A stretch of 64,000 nt of DNA from an uncultured Rhodohalobacter sp. (GTDB taxonomy: Bacteria > Bacteroidota > Rhodothermia > Balneolales > Balneolaceae). Numbering within the stretch: position 1 is the stretch's first letter; each line of letters opens with the position of its first letter. Location: NCBI GenBank assembly GCA_964544445.1, contig CAZJBI010000001.1:429526-493525 (forward strand). Direction: 5' to 3'. The notes beneath the pieces are model-generated. The model did no database searches. It was not told the origin of the DNA and worked only from the letters and a program-made list of their open reading frames with translations. Positions 1 through 9,452 of the stretch are shown here, piece after piece. The position numbers and the translations under genes are program-made.

Positions 1-217
1 TTCCATCGACATCAATACGGTGGTACACGCTAAGACGGACATCATTTCGATCACTGCCGGTTATTGTAACTTCAGCATCATCACTTTCTAAAAAAACCGT
101 TCCATCCGAACTTAGGTCATAATTCTCATCTAACACATATTCGTTATTTTGAGCCGCTGCAGGCATTACTAACGCCCAAAGGAGCATTGGGATGATCATC
201 GAGAGGGAAAATTTCAT
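1..217 (-). CDS. 5' part of a secreted protein, probably DUF4097/adhesin-like beta-strand repeat family (runs off the window start)
   Basis: Hand translation from ATG at 217: MKFSLSMIIPMLLWALVMPAAAQNNEYVLDENYDLSSDGTVFLESDDAEVTITGSDRNDVRLSV...; signal peptide ending AAA-Q; not in the ORF track. Confidence 0.7.
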   Translation of the reverse strand, partial: MKFSLSMIIPMLLWALVMPAAAQNNEYVLDENYDLSSDGTVFLESDDAEVTITGSDRNDVRLSVYHRIDVDG

Positions 218-471
218 AATGTGGATATTTTAATTAAAATGGTGAAATGAGCTTTGTGTTCGATACATTATCGTTAATAATTACTATGACTTAATCAAAT
301 ATATTGATTTGACTTGAAAACATACGGCTTGCCGGAAGATAGGTTTCACCGAGGCCCTGCCTGCTATGAATATCATGGAATCAATAACAGAAAGAAAATA
401 TTGGGATACTGTATTTGTGCTGTGGTTCGTCTGTGAAATCTAAAGCACGAATCGTTATCTGAAATAACAAA

Positions 472-1356
472 ATGAGAAAGCCCGTGAGTAGAGATATATT
501 CAAAAGTAAGTCTGCGAAAAAACGGATGAATGAGTGGTATCAGCGGTTTCTGGAAAGAGCAGGCGTTCAGTCTAAAGCAATACACGTTTCTACTTCCTAT
601 GGCAATAGTCATGTTTTAACGATTGGGGACAGCTCCAATCCATCCCTTGTTTGTTTGCACTCGATGTTAACAAGTTCAGCCCACCTTGTGTCTGAGCTGA
701 AAGCCCTCTCAGATGCGTTTTACATGATAGCTCCCGACATACCGGGTCAATCGGTGAAGGGACTGCCTGTTCGTCTTTCCTATAAAGATTCCTCTCACTC
801 CCTGTGGCTGAAGGACGTCTTGGATGATTTAAGCCTGCAGCATGTTCACGTTTTGGGTGTGAGTCTGGGTGGTTTTATAGCCCGTCAATTTGCATCTGAG
901 TACCCGGACAGAGCTGCTTCTCTCGTACTGATTGTTCCGGCAGGAATTGTTCAGGGATCGTTAATAAAAGGGTTTGCCAAAATGGCTTTGCCCATGATGA
1001 TGTATAAAATCCGATCAAACGAGAAAAATTTGCGAAAAATGGTCGACAACCTGATAACCACCTGGGACGAAGATTGGGCAAACTACCTCGGGGATTCATT
1101 CAATGATTTCAGTCCAAATCTCAAAATACCGCCGCTTGCATCAGATGATGAACTCAAGAAATTGAGAATGCCTTGTTTGGTCATAGGCGCTGAGGATGAT
1201 ATTTCTTTTCCGGGAGAAAAACTCATTGAACGTGCGAAAGCTCACATTCCGGATGTTGAAACTGAACTGATCAAGGGCAGCAAACATAGTCCGCCGACAA
1301 CACCTGAGTTCAGGAGATGGCTTGCTGAACGAATTAAAACATTTATCCGGATGTAG
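472..1356 (+). CDS. alpha/beta fold hydrolase
   Basis: GVSLGG nucleophile elbow, LVCLHS, PDIPGQ, GAEDD acid motif and C-terminal GSKH. Confidence 0.9.
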   Translation: MRKPVSRDIFKSKSAKKRMNEWYQRFLERAGVQSKAIHVSTSYGNSHVLTIGDSSNPSLVCLHSMLTSSAHLVSELKALSDAFYMIAPDIPGQSVKGLPVRLSYKDSSHSLWLKDVLDDLSLQHVHVLGVSLGGFIARQFASEYPDRAASLVLIVPAGIVQGSLIKGFAKMALPMMMYKIRSNEKNLRKMVDNLITTWDEDWANYLGDSFNDFSPNLKIPPLASDDELKKLRMPCLVIGAEDDISFPGEKLIERAKAHIPDVETELIKGSKHSPPTTPEFRRWLAERIKTFIRM

Positions 1357-1371
1357 TTTATCGTTTAACCG

Positions 1372-1407
1372 CTATTCCTCTTTTTCCGGCTGCCTCCGGT
1401 TATCATC
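1372..1407 (-). repeat. direct repeat copy 1: displaced copy of the last 36 bp of the permease-M1 peptidase gene
   Basis: 33/36 identical to 2228-2263, with 26 contiguous identical bases; reads DDNRRQPEKEE* versus DDNRRQPEKQE*. Confidence 0.9.
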
Positions 1408-1444
1408 AGGAAAGATATCCATGAAGGTAAAGCTAATGATTCAC

Positions 1445-1477
1445 TTGTGAATTTTTTTGGTATTGTATATAATACCA
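1445..1477 (+). promoter_or_regulatory. sigma70-type promoter with overlapping palindromic operator for the TA operon
   Basis: TTGTGA (1445-1450), 17 bp, TATAAT (1468-1473); inverted repeat TGGTATT-N6-AATACCA (1458-1477); ATG at 1479. Confidence 0.7.
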
Positions 1478-1478
1478 C

Positions 1479-1907
1479 ATGGCAAGCTATCAAATTGTAT
1501 TAGATATCAACATTGTTTATTCGGCACTTAGGTCAAAACGAGGCGCTTCATATCGCTTGTTATCTCTGCTCGATTCTGCCAAATTTGAAATTAATTTGTC
1601 TGTTCCGCTCATTATTGAGTATGAAGATGTGCTGCTCAGAAAGATAGAAACACTACAGTTTAATGAGATTCAGATCAGACAATTTTTAGATTACTTATGC
1701 ATGGTTGGAAACTGGCACGAAGTATATTTTTTATGGCGTCCTTTTTTAAAAGACCCGGAAGATGATATGCTGCTTGAGTTAGCCGTGAGAGCGAATTGCA
1801 AATACATTATAACCTACAACAAAGCCGATTTTAAGAGCGTTGATAAATTTAATATAGAGTTGGCAACAGCAAAAGAATTTCTTCAAATCATAGATGAGTT
1901 ACCATGA
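1479..1907 (+). CDS. PIN-domain toxin, putative toxin-antitoxin system toxin component
   Basis: IVLDINIV N-terminal PIN motif, EYEDVL, DPEDDMLLELA, IITYNKADF. Confidence 0.9.
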   Translation: MASYQIVLDINIVYSALRSKRGASYRLLSLLDSAKFEINLSVPLIIEYEDVLLRKIETLQFNEIQIRQFLDYLCMVGNWHEVYFLWRPFLKDPEDDMLLELAVRANCKYIITYNKADFKSVDKFNIELATAKEFLQIIDELP

Positions 1908-2140
1908 GTACATTAAGCGTTCGATTTCCCGATTCACTACATAAAAAGATAAAGGAACTCGCAGAAAAAGAAGGCGTTTCTATGAATCAATTTATTACCC
2001 TGGCGGTCTCTGAGAAAATGTCGGCGTTGTTGACTGTAGACTATCTTAAAGAGCGAGCAGAAAAAGCTAGCAGGAAAAAGTTCGAAGACATTATGGATCA
2101 GGTTCCTGATGTAGGTCCGGAAGAGTTTGATAAATTATAG
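1904..2140 (+). CDS. ribbon-helix-helix (CopG/HicB-like) antitoxin
   Basis: STLSVRFPDSLHKKIKELAEKEGVSMNQFI RHH pattern; ATGA overlap with the toxin gene. Confidence 0.85.
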   Translation: MSTLSVRFPDSLHKKIKELAEKEGVSMNQFITLAVSEKMSALLTVDYLKERAEKASRKKFEDIMDQVPDVGPEEFDKL

Positions 2141-2227
2141 ACGATTGATGAGAATCAATTTCAACAGGAGAATCGCTTCAGAACTATGAATTCTGAATTA
2201 TCGGGACCAGTCTTACTTGGAAATCCA

Positions 2228-2263
2228 CTACTCCTGCTTTTCCGGCTGCCTCCGGTTATCATC
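2228..2263 (-). repeat. direct repeat copy 2: current 3' end of the permease-M1 peptidase gene
   Basis: Matches 1372-1407 at 33/36 positions and includes the TAG stop. Confidence 0.9.
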
Positions 2264-5200
2264 CGAGTTTGTGTCGATCAGTTTATTATATGGATCAATG
2301 CCAACGGAGACGGGCATTTCATCTACCGTGATTGTGAACTCATTCAGAATATCCGAGAACTTACGTTTTTCGAGGTAGAGCACGGTTTCGTCTCCGTTCT
2401 CATCCAGGCCAAACACGCCTACGTCAATCCAGTCGTTTAGAGGCAGGGACTGAACCGGCCGCCGGCGCCCCTCAATTTCCACGGCCAGACTATCACCGGC
2501 TTCATTCAGATAGATTCGTTCACCGGTTTCATCCGTTCGGTATTTAGCAGCCTCCAGAGTCATATTTACTTCAAAGGTTGTGCTGTCAATTTCGCTGAAT
2601 GATGCCTCCTCCACACGATTGTCATAAAGCGTAATGGTTTCAAACATATCCTTAATGAGGTACTGCAGCGAATCGGGGGTGTCCTCTTTCAGGTATTCCA
2701 CGAGGTCGAGAGATATGGTATAAGGAGGCTCCTGGAAAGCGAAATCATCAATATACCGGCTGAGGGTAGCATTGAGCCTGCTTTCACCGATATAATCACT
2801 GAGCGCATAAAAGACCAGCGATCCTTTATCGTAGTGGATATACTGCTGGTTTTCGTTGTATACCAGAGGGAGTTCGCGCTGCGACTCAACGCTTCTGCCA
2901 ATTAAATATCCATCAAGAGCCTCTTTCAGAAACCGCCGCATCTGATGGACACCATACTCTTTCTCGAGCACTTTCAACGCGCTGTATTCCGACAAACTTT
3001 CAGACAGCATCGTTGCGCCCTGAACATTTGCCCCGATCACCTGGTGCGCCCACCACTGATGAGCCACCTCATGAGCCGTAATGCTGAATGGATAGTTAAC
3101 AGCTTCATTATCAGATGTGTCTACATCCGCGATAAAACCCACGCCCTCGGAATAAGGGACAGTATTGGCAAATGACTGCGCGAAACTGCCTCCCGTTCTT
3201 GGAAATTCAATAATACGAAGCTGTCGGAACTGGTAGGGTGAGAAATTCTCCGTGTAATAATCGAGGGATTTCTTGACCCCATCCATCATGTAATCAAGGT
3301 TATAGGTGTGATCGGGATGGTGATAGATCTCAATATTTACATCATTCCACTGATCCCGAACAACATCAAACTCCGCGGAAATAAAAGAGTAGAAGTTCAC
3401 GATGGTGCTGTCCATCTTATAGTGGAAGTACCGCCTGCCGTTCTCTTCCCACTCCTCCTGCAAATACCCGGGTGCAATAGCAATTTGTTCGGGTGACGTC
3501 GAGATGGTTGTCTCAAAATCGATCCAGTCGGCATCGCTGGAGATGTAGTTGTTCATCCTGGCGAGGCTGTCTGTTGGAAGAGGCATCCGGTCTTTTGGCG
3601 GGAGATCATACCGCTCTCTTGCCTCACGACTGCTGAGCTCTCCAGACTCCTGGTACCCGATTCTTGGAAAAGAGAAGTTATTGATGAAGGTTCCGTTACC
3701 ACGAACCGGGGAATGATTCCGAAGTATTTCGTTGAGTTTATTAGCCAACGTGAAGGAAAAGGCAAGTGAATCACCCGGCATCATGGGTTCACCAAGCCTG
3801 TATATATCGTAGTTCAGCGTATCATCTTCCAGCACCAGATCTGCGTCACGACTAAATTCAAACGTACTGATATAGTTGTTATGATCGATGTGGATCGAGT
3901 CGATTGCCATGTCCGTTTTATTTTCCAGAACGTACGTTCCTGCAACTTTAAAATCGCGGGTTTCGGGGTAGAGGTCCAGGTTGATATTGCTGGAGACGAT
4001 ACGCGGCTGAGGAATATTGTGAAACTTGCCGTAGTTCTTTTCATAGAACGCCGTTCGCCTTTCACTTTCCTGGGACGGGATGTAGGTGTGTCTGATGTTA
4101 TTGACGTAATAGATCCAGCTTCCCATTGTTATGAACCCGATGAGAGAGAGGGAAAAAATTGTTTTCAGACCGGGTGTAAACGTATTTCGGGCGTTTTGAA
4201 GCCGCTCATTTATACTGCCCGGCAGACCTCTTCTGAACAACAAGATCGCCAGTACGAACAGAGCCATTCCCAGCAGGAGCCAGTATAATTTATAGATAAA
4301 ATAGCGCGCCAATGTGGCACCATATCCGTTCATGTCGGAGTAGGGAGTGCCGGGCGCCTGATTAAACTTAAAAACGGTTTGCTCAATACCGAGCTGGCTC
4401 AGGAAAGGGATTCCGATCGAAATTACCAGCAATAGAATAAATCCGATAAAGTAATTTTTGAAGAAAGAGTGAATAAAAATGGCGAGCAGACCCCAGATTA
4501 CTACGTGAATCAGGGAAATGGCATAGAGATCAAACAGATAGAGACCCAGTTCAATATGGTAATAGCCATTGTAAAGCTGGACTCCGATTCCGGCAATCAT
4601 AATGATAGAGAGAAGCACCATCTGCATCAGAACCAGGGCGATAAACTTGGATAGGAGCAGTGTCCAGTTGGGCGTTGGAGTGACGTGGATGAGCTGATCC
4701 ATCCTGTCGCTGCGGCTGCGGTGAATCAGCATTCCCGCATACAGGAAAGTTAAAATATTAATGAACAGGCTGAAGAACGTTCCGGGAAGATCGAGCATCT
4801 GCCAGGTTACGGGAAGTGTGGCTGTGCCATATATTTCACCGCCAACTAAAATGACGCTGAGAGAAATTAACAGTCCGATAAGAGCAATGATAATGAACGC
4901 CCACCCGCTTATAACATATCTGAAGTCTACTTTTGCAAGTGCCCACGCCAGTTTGAGATTCTCAATAAAAGAGAAGTTCAGGTTTACATCAGGCATGGAT
5001 ATGGTGAGAATACTCCCAAAGTTCTTCTTGGTTACGACTTCTCCTTTTTTCTTTTTGAAGAAATTGAAGCTGACCGCCTGCTGCTTGAATGAAAATGTGT
5101 AGTATACCCAGGCAAAAATCAGGATTCCGAGGCCGCCCCATATCAGCCGGTTATAAAGAATGACCTCGCCCCAGGGAAGCGGATTTTCGTTTTGCTCAAA

Positions 5201-5887
5201 GATGGTCCAGTATTCCGTGTAGTAAGCGTTTGCCTGGGAGCCGTAGGGATCGAGCAGTGCGGCAAGCACTTTATTATCGAGATCAGACGTAAGATTCTGC
5301 GCAAAAATCTGGATCAGGAAGAAGGCCAGAATTGCGATAAAAGCCACGTTTATATTTCGGCTGTAAACAACCACGGCAAAGACAATAGCCCCGAAGAAGA
5401 TCATGTTGGGGATCAGGTAGTAGAGGAATGGCTGTATGTAGCTAATCAGATTAAAAGGCCCCAGGACATCAGGGTTTGTGCCGGGGGTAAGGGTTCCGAG
5501 AATAATGCCTAGTGCCGCAGCAATCATCACGAGTGTGGAAATGGTGAGGCCGGCCGTAAATTTCCCCATCAGGTATTCCCACTTCTGAAACGGATAGGAG
5601 TATAACACCGAGTGCATGTTGTGCTTGTAATCCCGGTATATGGTTCCGCCAATAAGAGCCGGCAGAAAGAAGTAGAGAATGATGGCCATCTCGTTTAGAA
5701 TACCGTTGATTGCAACGGGAGAGTTTACGATGGTGATGGTGTTCATACTCACTGTCAGGCTTTCAAAAAACCCGGACGCGCTGATCATGATAAAATAGGA
5801 GAGGGCGAACATGATACCGGCATACACATAGAAAGATGGTTTGCGTAGCCAGTACCTGATCTCAAAGGAATAAATCGAATAAAACAT
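2228..5887 (-). CDS. ABC-2 type transporter permease fused to an M1 family aminopeptidase domain
   Basis: About 590 aa of two multi-TM permease repeats, then a soluble domain with HEVAH...E zinc motif and YDKG; adjacent ABC ATPase. Confidence 0.9.
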   Translation of the reverse strand: MFYSIYSFEIRYWLRKPSFYVYAGIMFALSYFIMISASGFFESLTVSMNTITIVNSPVAINGILNEMAIILYFFLPALIGGTIYRDYKHNMHSVLYSYPFQKWEYLMGKFTAGLTISTLVMIAAALGIILGTLTPGTNPDVLGPFNLISYIQPFLYYLIPNMIFFGAIVFAVVVYSRNINVAFIAILAFFLIQIFAQNLTSDLDNKVLAALLDPYGSQANAYYTEYWTIFEQNENPLPWGEVILYNRLIWGGLGILIFAWVYYTFSFKQQAVSFNFFKKKKGEVVTKKNFGSILTISMPDVNLNFSFIENLKLAWALAKVDFRYVISGWAFIIIALIGLLISLSVILVGGEIYGTATLPVTWQMLDLPGTFFSLFINILTFLYAGMLIHRSRSDRMDQLIHVTPTPNWTLLLSKFIALVLMQMVLLSIIMIAGIGVQLYNGYYHIELGLYLFDLYAISLIHVVIWGLLAIFIHSFFKNYFIGFILLLVISIGIPFLSQLGIEQTVFKFNQAPGTPYSDMNGYGATLARYFIYKLYWLLLGMALFVLAILLFRRGLPGSINERLQNARNTFTPGLKTIFSLSLIGFITMGSWIYYVNNIRHTYIPSQESERRTAFYEKNYGKFHNIPQPRIVSSNINLDLYPETRDFKVAGTYVLENKTDMAIDSIHIDHNNYISTFEFSRDADLVLEDDTLNYDIYRLGEPMMPGDSLAFSFTLANKLNEILRNHSPVRGNGTFINNFSFPRIGYQESGELSSREARERYDLPPKDRMPLPTDSLARMNNYISSDADWIDFETTISTSPEQIAIAPGYLQEEWEENGRRYFHYKMDSTIVNFYSFISAEFDVVRDQWNDVNIEIYHHPDHTYNLDYMMDGVKKSLDYYTENFSPYQFRQLRIIEFPRTGGSFAQSFANTVPYSEGVGFIADVDTSDNEAVNYPFSITAHEVAHQWWAHQVIGANVQGATMLSESLSEYSALKVLEKEYGVHQMRRFLKEALDGYLIGRSVESQRELPLVYNENQQYIHYDKGSLVFYALSDYIGESRLNATLSRYIDDFAFQEPPYTISLDLVEYLKEDTPDSLQYLIKDMFETITLYDNRVEEASFSEIDSTTFEVNMTLEAAKYRTDETGERIYLNEAGDSLAVEIEGRRRPVQSLPLNDWIDVGVFGLDENGDETVLYLEKRKFSDILNEFTITVDEMPVSVGIDPYNKLIDTNSDDNRRQPEKQE

Positions 5888-5906
5888 GGCTGAGAAATTT
5901 TTGAGA

Positions 5907-6803
5907 TTAAGCGGCTACAACTTCTTTTTCTTCTTTCAGCGTGACAAAGTAGACGTCTGAAAGATCCGGATCTGCGGGACGGAACGTATCATCGGGCTGT
6001 TCTGTGCCGTGTACGCGTATATTCAGTGAATGATCCTGATTAAAGTTTGACGAGATGACGTTGAACTGACTTTCGTGTGCTTCCAGATCGTCGCGGTCAA
6101 TAACTTTGGTCCATATCTGGCCTGAAAGGGCATTTACAGCTTCTTCCGGTGTGTGGTGGCTCAGAATGCGTCCGCCATTCATAATGGCCATATCGGTGCA
6201 GAGCTCTTTTACATCGTCCACGATATGGGTTGAAAATATGACGATATGATTGGTTCCGATTTCACGTAGTACGTTCAGGAAACGATGCCGTTCCGACGGA
6301 TCAAGGCCTGCGGTGGGCTCATCCACGATAATCAGTTTTGGATCATTCAAAAGGAGCTGGGCAATACCAAATCGTTGTTTCATTCCGCCAGAGTACCCCG
6401 CCACGCTTTTATTTCGCACCTCATACAAGTTGGTTACTTCCAGTGCGGCTTTCACCATATCGATACGCTCATTTTTATTCGCAATTCCCTTCAGGCGGGC
6501 AAAATAGAGAAGCAGTTCCTTAGCGCTCATTTTGGGATAAACGCCGAACTCCTGAGGCAGGTAACCGAGAACTTTACGAAGATCCTGTTTCTCATTCAGG
6601 ACATTGATGTCGTCGAGCATTACAGAGCCGGAGTCCGGAGCCTGTAGCGTAGCGATCGTTCGCATCAGGGTCGATTTCCCCGCACCATTGGGTCCCAGCA
6701 GCCCAAACATTCCCGATTCAATTTCAATGGTTACATCGTTCAGGGCTTTTACCCCGTTCTTATACGTTTTGGATAGGTTGGAAATGGTTAGTTTCATAGC
6801 CAA
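5907..6803 (-). CDS. ABC transporter ATP-binding protein
   Basis: Walker A GPNGAGKST, signature YSGGMKQR, Walker B IIVDEP. Confidence 0.95.
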   Translation of the reverse strand: MAMKLTISNLSKTYKNGVKALNDVTIEIESGMFGLLGPNGAGKSTLMRTIATLQAPDSGSVMLDDINVLNEKQDLRKVLGYLPQEFGVYPKMSAKELLLYFARLKGIANKNERIDMVKAALEVTNLYEVRNKSVAGYSGGMKQRFGIAQLLLNDPKLIIVDEPTAGLDPSERHRFLNVLREIGTNHIVIFSTHIVDDVKELCTDMAIMNGGRILSHHTPEEAVNALSGQIWTKVIDRDDLEAHESQFNVISSNFNQDHSLNIRVHGTEQPDDTFRPADPDLSDVYFVTLKEEKEVVAA

Positions 6804-7047
6804 GGTTAGTTTTTAAAATTTAGACCCTTCTGTTGCTCACTTACTATTCTTCGTAATGAGAGACTTCTTTATGAATAATCAATGCTAAACAGCTAACATA
6901 CATATTAACTGAAACTTTTCGCTAAAATGATATTTTCAAATTTAAAAAACAAGGGACGCCGCCATTATATTAAAAATGTTAATCAATACATTCGTAAAAG
7001 TGGTATAATTTTATTCAGCTGAATCGGTAAGAAAGGCAGTACAGAAT

Positions 7048-8013
7048 ATGAATTCCGGTATAGATATAGATATTACTGTAAAGAACAAGGCTTTCAATAC
7101 GCACCCGGTGGTTTTTCATCATCCGGGTAATGTTGGGAGCAAAAATAATATTATTGGGATTATTAAGATTAAGAGAATGCTGTTTTCTGTTCTTGGAAGA
7201 GATAGCTCTGAATATTTTTGCGGGAGAAAAGAGCTCATTCGGTATAAAGTGCCCACAGTTCAAATGGAAAGCAGCCGTAAGATAAAAGAGCTTCTGACCG
7301 TAGTCGCTATTACAAATCTTGATGAGCCGGGGAGCGGTCCGAGAAGCCTCAAAGCCTTTGGGGTGGACTGTAAAATTCTTGGAAGTGGTGTAAAGAGATG
7401 GAATAATATTGAAAAGGTACGGCTCTTAAAGAGTGAATTGTCAATCATCGGTACAAAGTATATCATGCTTATAGATTCTGATGACACTTTTGTTGTGAAT
7501 GGACTGGATCGCGTGATCGAGAAAATTGAATCAATACCTGAGTGCAGGCTGCTGATGAATGCAGCTCAGAATTTCTGGCCGCCGATTTTACATCGGGTGA
7601 GTAACTCGTACGAATTTTGCAATCGCATTGGGAATGAAAAAAAATCGAAACACCGATATGTTAACAGTGGTGTTTTTATCGCAGAAGTTGAGTTCCTGAA
7701 AGAACTTTTAGAAGAAGATATTGCTCCCCCAAAAGAGGACGATGATCAGGGGTTGTTTTGTCTTCTCTATCAAAAATATTATCCGGCCTTTCAGTTAGAC
7801 TACTACTGCGATGTATTTCAATGTGAATTTGACGAAGAATTAACTGTTGACACAAACTCCTTACCACTTCGGCAAAAAATCTATTTTCATTCAGAGTCAA
7901 AACTGTACCCGGTTTTTTCCTTCATCTTCAGGTTGAGACAATTTGTGCTAAGAGCACTTTTGAGGCAAAGGATTTCAAAACCTATTTTAAAAAAATTTTA
8001 CAGAATAGATTGA
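7048..8013 (+). CDS. glycosyltransferase resembling the GT domain of PLOD/LH3 collagen-modifying enzymes
   Basis: Collinear motifs KVRLLK, IDSDD, RLLMNAAQNFWP, RYVNSGVFI, DDDQ, LDYYCDVFQ resemble recalled LH3 motifs. Confidence 0.75.
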   Translation: MNSGIDIDITVKNKAFNTHPVVFHHPGNVGSKNNIIGIIKIKRMLFSVLGRDSSEYFCGRKELIRYKVPTVQMESSRKIKELLTVVAITNLDEPGSGPRSLKAFGVDCKILGSGVKRWNNIEKVRLLKSELSIIGTKYIMLIDSDDTFVVNGLDRVIEKIESIPECRLLMNAAQNFWPPILHRVSNSYEFCNRIGNEKKSKHRYVNSGVFIAEVEFLKELLEEDIAPPKEDDDQGLFCLLYQKYYPAFQLDYYCDVFQCEFDEELTVDTNSLPLRQKIYFHSESKLYPVFSFIFRLRQFVLRALLRQRISKPILKKFYRID

Positions 8014-8166
8014 TAGCAGTGCTTGGGATTGTGGCAAAACCATTATTTACCTTTCTGATCTTTTTGAATAATCTGGATGTTCAATGCTGACTCTACTTTA
8101 TTAGCATCATTATGGTTAAATATTGGTGAAGAACCTTGCTTATGAACTCGAACGATCTTTTCTATA

Positions 8167-9381
8167 CTACATTTCTTGAACGGTTACCTGTGGAGGATAT
8201 GCATAGTCGTTCCAGAGCTGGTTCAGTTCATCAGGATTTGGTTCTTCATCGTAAGTTATAAATCGATAGCGTGCAATGTAAGGAGAGCCCGGGTCGATTT
8301 GCATTCTGCCCAGCTGTGTGGGGGCAAAATTAAAATAGGGAGTATCGGGGTGAATCCTGACCGGCTGCGGAGATCTGAAGTTTTTAGGGTGACTCATCAT
8401 CGTTATTCCCGCAGTCTTTCCATCAACCAATCCCCCCATATGAGTCCATTTTGTACGGGTTTCATTACCGTCTCTGCCGTAGCCGTCAGCGGTCAGAAAT
8501 TCTACATTTTCAGGGTTGTTCCAGTTCTCATGCCCCCGAAAGCCAACGCCACCGTAGTGATATTCGGGCAGAATCAAGGGCTTATTACTATTTACGGTTT
8601 GAACTGCCACCAGATCAAAAATCCGATACCGTTGATGTTCAGGTGTCGAGTAAATGGTTACTGTCCACTCTTCATTCAAAGCCGTTACGGGCGTGGGTGC
8701 CGAAAGGTCTGTAAAGTTATGTCTCGCAATGAAACCGCCATGAACGGGCCCTTCCCAATACTTTTTGAGTGAATCTGCCTGATCCACCCGCCCTGTATTC
8801 AGGTGGATATTCCAAAAGTCAGGGTTGCGGCCATCAAATTCTGTTTTTGTCCATGCAGACCAGATTCCGGATTGGTGAGGGTGGCTGCCCACATTCATAT
8901 GGCTCGTCAGTCTTACTCCGGCGGGTGTGTAGACGGGATGAATATACCCGCCTCGCTTATATCGTTCATCAAGTTCCCGGGGAGGTGCATTGTTACCGTG
9001 GTAATAGGAAAGAATTTCACTGCCTTCAGTCAGAAACGTTATTTGAGCTGAATCAATGTTGTTTGAGACGGCCGTTTCAGAGGAAATTTGCTCACCATCG
9101 AAATGACAGGTTCTGTTTTGTCCTGCAGGTAGTTCATCAAGAATAAACCAGCCGCGATTGGAGCTGTCTACCTGTAGCAGATAGCTTTCATCAGTACTGC
9201 ACTTCAGGGAGTAGACACCGGGTTCTATGGTATCAGGAAAATAGAAGGATACAATCGAGCCGGACCTGTCGAAAGCTCCGGCAGATACGTGAATTTCAAA
9301 AGATCTTTGATCGACAGACGCAGATGCAGCCCCAAATAAAAATATGATAAATAAGAGGGAGGAATAAGAAGAGTATATCAT
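8167..9381 (-). CDS. secreted DUF6807/'PmoA'-family beta-sandwich protein
   Basis: YIHPVYTPAG, HPHQSGIW, PDFW, YHYGGVGFRG and SHPKN motifs; signal peptide. Confidence 0.75.
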   Translation of the reverse strand: MIYSSYSSLLFIIFLFGAASASVDQRSFEIHVSAGAFDRSGSIVSFYFPDTIEPGVYSLKCSTDESYLLQVDSSNRGWFILDELPAGQNRTCHFDGEQISSETAVSNNIDSAQITFLTEGSEILSYYHGNNAPPRELDERYKRGGYIHPVYTPAGVRLTSHMNVGSHPHQSGIWSAWTKTEFDGRNPDFWNIHLNTGRVDQADSLKKYWEGPVHGGFIARHNFTDLSAPTPVTALNEEWTVTIYSTPEHQRYRIFDLVAVQTVNSNKPLILPEYHYGGVGFRGHENWNNPENVEFLTADGYGRDGNETRTKWTHMGGLVDGKTAGITMMSHPKNFRSPQPVRIHPDTPYFNFAPTQLGRMQIDPGSPYIARYRFITYDEEPNPDELNQLWNDYAYPPQVTVQEM

Positions 9382-9452
9382 GTTTTTTTAGTGTTCATTA
9401 TTGTAGATGAGTGGGTTTGCGATTTTAACATCTAGTTACTCCTATTAAGAGA

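Noticed and set aside
2145..2158. Perfect FNR-box-like TTGAT-N4-ATCAA
   Set aside because: It lies between two convergent 3' ends with no promoter to control; more likely a small hairpin or chance.
2186..5512. Many plus-strand ORFs of 60-135 aa in the ORF track
   Set aside because: They are antisense shadows of the long permease-peptidase gene with no recognisable motifs; the same applies to similar ORFs inside other long genes, such as 16515-17267 and 29047-29553.
8167..9381. 'PmoA' family name suggesting methane oxidation
   Set aside because: The protein is a soluble secreted type, not the membrane pMMO subunit, and no pmoB or pmoC is present.
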